Of a stretch of DNA of 64,000 bases, positions 59,392-64,000 are shown in pieces. The notes beneath the pieces were generated by a model, which worked only from the letters and a program-made list of their open reading frames with translations, was not told where the DNA came from and did no database searches. This DNA is from Vicinamibacteria bacterium (GTDB taxonomy: Bacteria > Acidobacteriota > Vicinamibacteria > Marinacidobacterales > Marinacidobacteraceae): NCBI GenBank assembly GCA_963555995.3, contig OY821641.1, positions 3,648,001-3,712,000 of the forward strand. Direction: 5' to 3'. The stretch's first letter is position 1; each line of letters starts with the position of its first letter. The position numbers were made by a program, and so were the translations under genes.

Positions 59392-60387
59392 CTAGCATAG
59401 CCCTCGGGGATTCAGCGAATTCCCGGCGGGAGCCGGACAGGGTGCGAAACCCTCCTCCAGATAGCGCCGGACCTCGGCGGCGCGTTCGTGGTCCGGCGTG
59501 ATCCGCAGGAAGTCCTCGTAGTGCCGGCGGGCCTGATCGCATTCCTCCCGGTCGGCCGCGATGGTGCCGAGGAAGTAGTGCGCGACCGCCGCGCGGGGGG
59601 TATCCGGTTCGACCTCGAGGAGCGCGGCGAAGTGGTTCCGCGCCGCGTCGGCGGCGCCGGGGTCCGCGGTCTCGGACTCCGAACTCCTGAGGGCGATGGA
59701 CCCGGCCATCCAGTGCGCGTCGGCGGCGAAGGGGCCTGCCGGGGCCGCTTCCAGATAGCGGGCGAGGTGAGCGCCCGCCGCCTCGTAATCCCCCGCGTCG
59801 TAGCGGAGTTGTCCGGCGAAGAAGCGCGCCTGGCTGATCTGGGGGGCTTCCCGGATCACCACCGAAAACGCAGCCTCCGCCCCTTCGCCGTCACCGCGCT
59901 GCATCAGGCCCACCCCGAGGAAGAAGTGGACCTCGGCGTCGGCCGGGTCCGCTTCGGCGGTCCGGCGGAGGAGAGGGAGCGCGGTCTCGAGGTCTCCCCC
60001 GCGAAACCACGCCAGCCCGGCGCTCCGCGCCGCGATACCGAGTTGCTCGTCCGGCCGCGGAACGTCTTCGGGCAGTTCCTCGACGGCGCCGAGGAAGGAC
60101 TCGAACGCGGCGCCGGCCCTGGTCCACTCCTGCCGCGCCTGGTAGGCGAAACCGAGGAAGTAGTGGATGCCGTAGGTGTCCGGGGACTCCCGGATCGCCT
60201 CTTCGCAGCGGGTCACGGCGGCGTCCCAGTCGGACGCCTGCGCGGCCGCCTCGCATTCCGAGACGGCGCCCGAGCCCTGCGGCGCCGGCAGCGCGAAGAG
60301 GGGGCCGGCCGCGAGTAGGCCGACGGCGCACGGAACGAAGGGTGCCGGGAGAACCCCGGCGAGGCTCCTAGCCAGCCCGAGATTCAC
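59392..60387 (-). CDS. Secreted TPR protein (paralog 3)
   Basis: IHYFLG, VHFFLG and AHYFLG TPRs, Cys pairs; start uncertain (GTG 60387). Confidence 0.8.
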   Translation of the reverse strand: MNLGLARSLAGVLPAPFVPCAVGLLAAGPLFALPAPQGSGAVSECEAAAQASDWDAAVTRCEEAIRESPDTYGIHYFLGFAYQARQEWTRAGAAFESFLGAVEELPEDVPRPDEQLGIAARSAGLAWFRGGDLETALPLLRRTAEADPADAEVHFFLGVGLMQRGDGEGAEAAFSVVIREAPQISQARFFAGQLRYDAGDYEAAGAHLARYLEAAPAGPFAADAHWMAGSIALRSSESETADPGAADAARNHFAALLEVEPDTPRAAVAHYFLGTIAADREECDQARRHYEDFLRITPDHERAAEVRRYLEEGFAPCPAPAGNSLNPRGLC

Positions 60388-60712
60388 TGGAGGACGAGGA
60401 GGTCTTGGCGCTGCTCGTCGCTGCCGACGTGGCTCCCGAACTCTCCTTCCCCTTGGATTTCCCGGAGTCCGATTTTCCCGGTCCACCCTTCGCCGCGGAC
60501 CCGTTCTTCCCGTTGGCAGCCTTCTCGCCGGACTTCCTCGCGTAGTCGGTCACGTACCAGCCGCTGCCCAGGAACTGGATCGCCGGGCTGGAGACGATCC
60601 GGTGGGCGGCTCCGCCGCAGTGCCGGCAGGCATCGAGCGGCTCGTCGCTGATGCGCTGGATGGCCTCGAACACCTGCTCGCAGTCGTCGCAGCGGTATTC
60701 GTAGATGGGCAT
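60368..60712 (-). CDS. FmdB family zinc-ribbon protein
   Basis: MPIYEYRCDDC...CRHCGG...F.GSGWYVTDY. Confidence 0.9.
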   Translation of the reverse strand: MPIYEYRCDDCEQVFEAIQRISDEPLDACRHCGGAAHRIVSSPAIQFLGSGWYVTDYARKSGEKAANGKNGSAAKGGPGKSDSGKSKGKESSGATSAATSSAKTSSSSSESRAG

Positions 60713-60772
60713 GGGTTTTCGGAGCTTCGGCGCCGGGAGTGTAGCGAAGAGAGGCTTGCTGTTTCTCCGCGG

Positions 60773-62347
60773 TTAGCGCGCCAGCGGCGGCGTGGTTGGC
60801 GGCGGTTTCCGGTGAGCGGTCGCCTGCTCGTAGGCGTACGAGATGCGGAAGAGCGCGCCCTCGCCGAGAGCGTTCCCGAGCAGTTGCAGTCCACCCGGCA
60901 GCCCGGACGGAGTAAAGCCCATGGGAACGGTGACCGCCGGAAACCCGGTGGGAGGGGAGAGCTGGGGCGAGTTGTTCCCGTCGGGCGTGGTCAGGTCGCC
61001 CAGGAGGCGCGGGGGATTGCTCCAGGTGGGGAAGGCAAGCGCGTCGAGATCCTCGGCTTCGAACAGGCCCCCGACCTCGGCCCGCAGTTCTCCGGCGCGC
61101 CGGTTCGCCTCGGCGCAGATGTCGTCCGGCTCGCCCTCCACCTCAAGGGCGGTTTCGAGCCGCGGCCGGATGGACGGATGGAAGTCGCCGCCCTCCACCA
61201 GGTCCTCGAGCGTCGTCACCGGGGCGTCCGGTCCGAGGCTCGCCAGGTAGGCCTCGAGCTGGGCGCGGAAGGGGTTGCACCACAGCGATCCCTCGGCTTC
61301 AAGCCCCTCGATCCGCACCGGGTCCACCACGGTGACCCCGAGCGCCTCGAGGTCGGCGAGGGCCGCTTCGAAGAGCGCTCCGATGTCGGCGTCCGCGGTC
61401 TCGGTGTCGCTGAGCTGACGGACGACGCCGATCCGGAAATCGGTGAGCGGCCCCGCGTCGAGGTACCGGAGGTAGTCGCTCTCGCGCTCGAACCCCTCCG
61501 TCGCCTCGTCGGCCGGGTCCGGCCCCGCCAGCACGTCGAAGACCCGCACCCCGTCTTCGACGGTGCGCGCCATCGGGCCGCCGATGTCCCGGAAGAGGTT
61601 GAGCGGGACGATCCCGTCCCGGCTCGTCAGTCCCATCGTGGACCGGATGCCGAAGAGGGCGTTGTGGGACGAGGGTCCGCGGATGGAGTTGCCGGTGTCC
61701 GTCCCGAGGCCCACCGCCCCGAAGCTCGCGGCCACCGCGGCGCCGGTGCCTCCCGAGGATCCCGCCGGCACCCGATAGGGGTCATACGGGTTCCGGACAT
61801 GGCCGGGAATGACCGAGCCGAGGCTCTGGTAGGCGCTGAAGGCGAACTCGGCCATGTGCGACTTGGCGAGCACGATGGCCCCCGCTTCCCGGATCCTCTG
61901 CACCTGGAAGGCGTCGTCGGGCGGGACCGAGTCCGCGAGCGACGCCGATCCGGCGCTCGTGGGGAGGTCCGCGGTGTCGTAGTTGTCCTTCACGATCATC
62001 GGGACGCACTCGAGCGGCCGGTCCGGGTCGAGCCCGGAGCCCGCGAGGCGCGCGTCGGCTTCCGCGGCCCGCTCCGTCGCCTGCGGATTGACCGTCACGA
62101 TCGCGTGGAGCGCCGGACCCTCGCGGTCATAGGCCTCGATCCGGGCCAGGTAGGCCGTGACCAGTTCCGCGCAGGTGAAGTCGCCGGCCTGAAGGCCCTG
62201 GTGGATCCCGGCGATGTCGAGTTCCACCACATCGAGCCCGGCCATCGCTTCCGGCGCCGGAGCGCCGCAACTGGCCGCACCGCAGGCCGCGATGAGCGCC
62301 GGTGCGATCCTGTTTCCCTTTCCGAGAGTCCCCGCTGTACCAACCAT
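60773..62347 (-). CDS. Amidase-signature family enzyme, probable lipoprotein
   Basis: AASC lipobox-like motif; VKDNYDT, GSSGGTGAA and GTDTGNSIRGP motifs. Confidence 0.88.
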   Translation of the reverse strand: MVGTAGTLGKGNRIAPALIAACGAASCGAPAPEAMAGLDVVELDIAGIHQGLQAGDFTCAELVTAYLARIEAYDREGPALHAIVTVNPQATERAAEADARLAGSGLDPDRPLECVPMIVKDNYDTADLPTSAGSASLADSVPPDDAFQVQRIREAGAIVLAKSHMAEFAFSAYQSLGSVIPGHVRNPYDPYRVPAGSSGGTGAAVAASFGAVGLGTDTGNSIRGPSSHNALFGIRSTMGLTSRDGIVPLNLFRDIGGPMARTVEDGVRVFDVLAGPDPADEATEGFERESDYLRYLDAGPLTDFRIGVVRQLSDTETADADIGALFEAALADLEALGVTVVDPVRIEGLEAEGSLWCNPFRAQLEAYLASLGPDAPVTTLEDLVEGGDFHPSIRPRLETALEVEGEPDDICAEANRRAGELRAEVGGLFEAEDLDALAFPTWSNPPRLLGDLTTPDGNNSPQLSPPTGFPAVTVPMGFTPSGLPGGLQLLGNALGEGALFRISYAYEQATAHRKPPPTTPPLAR

Positions 62348-62490
62348 GATCCGATTCTATGCGTCCGCTTCCCCCGCCAGCCCCGGAAGCGGGCTCGGCA
62401 GGGAACGGCTGGCGAAAACGCCGCCGGGACCGCATGACCTCGGGATGCCGGATGCAGTGTGCCGGATTCCTTCGTTACAATCCTGCGCCC

Positions 62491-62595
62491 ATGACGCTCA
62501 GCGAGTCAGCCCGGTCGCGCCATTCCCGGCAATGGCTGTGGCGATGGCGATTTTGCATCAGGCCGGGCTCGCCTCGCGTCCGTTCGATCCACTGA
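62491..62595 (+). CDS. trpL: Putative trp operon leader peptide (34 aa, WLWRW)
   Basis: MTLSESARSRHSRQWLWRWRFCIRPGSPRVRSIH*; three TGG codons within five, about 140 nt upstream of trpD; TACAAT -10-like box at ~62476. Confidence 0.65.
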   Translation: MTLSESARSRHSRQWLWRWRFCIRPGSPRVRSIH

Positions 62596-62732
62596 TTGCG
62601 GCGGGAGGCGGCCCGACCCGGGACGCCTCCGGACGACGGCGCGAGAGGGTGCTTGAGGGCGCCCGCCAAGGCTTCGAGGTTCCCGGTTCGGGACGCGCTG
62701 ACCGTCACTCACCCCACCAAGGAGCCACTACC

Positions 62733-63764
62733 GTGATCGCCCCTCTCCTCGAAACCCTGCTCTCCGGCGAGGCCGCCGATTCCGGCGCGCTGGAGACCGC
62801 GCTCCACCGGATCCTGGCCGGAGAGAGCGATGTCGCCCAGACCGCCGGACTGCTGGTCGCTCTCCGGATCAACGAGCCCGACGCCGCCACGCTGGCCGCG
62901 TGCGCCCGCGCGCTCCGGGGTCACCGGAAGGCCGTCATGTCACAAGTGCGGCCGCTGGTGGACACCTGCGGAACCGGTGGCGACAAGAGCGGCACCTTCA
63001 ACATCTCCACCGCTTCGGCGCTGGTCGTCGCCGCCGCCGGCGGCGCGGTGGCCAAGCACGGCAACCGCAGCGTGTCGTCCATCACCGGCAGCGCGGACGT
63101 GCTGGAAGTCTGCGGCGCGCCGCTTCACCTCGAGCCCGGCCAGGCGTCCCGGATCCTGGACTCCACGGGCTTCGTCTTCCTGTTCGCTCCCGCCTTCCAC
63201 CCCGCCATGGCCCACGTCGGGCCGGCGCGCCGGGCGCTCGGGATCCGCACCCTCTTCAACGTCCTCGGCCCGCTCGCGAACCCGGCGCTCGCCGACCGCC
63301 AGTTGATCGGCGTCTACGACCCGGCCCTGACCGAGACCGTCGCGGGCGCGCTCGCCGAACTCGGGTCCGCCTCGGCGCTCGTCGTGCACTGCGAGGGACT
63401 GGATGAAATCGGCCTTCATGCCACGACCCGGGGCCACGCGCTGAACGACGGGAAGGTGACGCCGGTCGAGATCCGGGTCTCCGAACTCGGGCTTCGCGAA
63501 GCCTCGATCGAGGAACTGCGGGGGGGCGCCACCTCGCAGAACGCGGAGATCCTGCGCGCCGTGCTCTCCGGGGAGGACGAAGGACCGAAGCGGGACGTGG
63601 TGGCCGCGAACGCGGGCGCCGCCCTCACCGTCGCCGGCCTCGCGCCGGACCTGCCGGCCGGGGTGAAGACCGCGCTGGAGACCCTGGCGTCGGGCCGCGC
63701 GCTGCGCACGCTGGAACGCTACGTGGAGACCAGCATGCGGATGACCGGAATGAACGTGGCGTGA
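62733..63764 (+). CDS. trpD: Anthranilate phosphoribosyltransferase
   Basis: DTCGTGGD, FNIST, AKHGNRS, GSADVLE, RTLFNVLGPLANP and GLDE motifs; SD AAGGAG before GTG 62733. Confidence 0.96.
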   Translation: MIAPLLETLLSGEAADSGALETALHRILAGESDVAQTAGLLVALRINEPDAATLAACARALRGHRKAVMSQVRPLVDTCGTGGDKSGTFNISTASALVVAAAGGAVAKHGNRSVSSITGSADVLEVCGAPLHLEPGQASRILDSTGFVFLFAPAFHPAMAHVGPARRALGIRTLFNVLGPLANPALADRQLIGVYDPALTETVAGALAELGSASALVVHCEGLDEIGLHATTRGHALNDGKVTPVEIRVSELGLREASIEELRGGATSQNAEILRAVLSGEDEGPKRDVVAANAGAALTVAGLAPDLPAGVKTALETLASGRALRTLERYVETSMRMTGMNVA

Positions 63765-64000
63765 CGGAAGGGGTACTCGAGCGGCTCGTCCGGGCCGCCG
63801 AGGCAAGAGCGGAGCGGCTCGCGGCGGAACCGGACCCCGGGCCTCCTGACGGGGAGCCTCCTTCTTTCCGGAACGCGATCGCCGGGCGGGACGCGCTGTC
63901 GGTGATCGCCGAGTTCAAGCGGAAGAGTCCGAGCGCCGGGTCCATCCGCGACGACGATCCCGGCGCCCGGGCGCTGGCGTACCGGGAGGCCGGCGCCTCC
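63761..64000 (+). CDS. trpC: Indole-3-glycerol phosphate synthase, 5' part (runs off the window)
   Basis: GTG overlapping the trpD stop; VIAEFKRKSPSAGSIR...AYREAGAS. Confidence 0.9.
   Translation, partial: MTEGVLERLVRAAEARAERLAAEPDPGPPDGEPPSFRNAIAGRDALSVIAEFKRKSPSAGSIRDDDPGARALAYREAGAS

Overview
High-GC bacterial chromosomal window. The gene content (outer-membrane TamB/Omp85/SurA, CarD, secreted amidases, TPR and ASPIC/UnbV proteins, small coiled-coil/TM genes) suggests a diderm such as an Acidobacterium, possibly host-associated; this is inference only. The first ~8.7 kb is an accessory/defence-type island. It holds a lower-GC single-chain restriction-modification gene, an orphan XRE-HTH/Zn-ribbon DNA methyltransferase with a palindromic operator over its -35 box, a phased 32-bp tandem array of about 15 units, and small coiled-coil/TM genes. 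The rest is mostly housekeeping: amtB-P-II-glnA, flotillin, gpmA-pckA-plsC-carD, tRNA-Leu, tRNA-Met, hslVU, transaldolase, an acyl-CoA carboxylase set, tamB-omp85-surA, a sigma-70 factor, rnhA, ABC-F and trpD-trpC. Signals the ORF track misses are an AhpD-like selenoprotein (in-frame TGA in a CxxU motif plus a SECIS hairpin), a Trp-rich leader peptide upstream of trpD, a sigma54-type promoter before the sigma factor, three tandem secreted TPR paralogs with regularly spaced Cys pairs, and three dispersed families of structured intergenic repeats.
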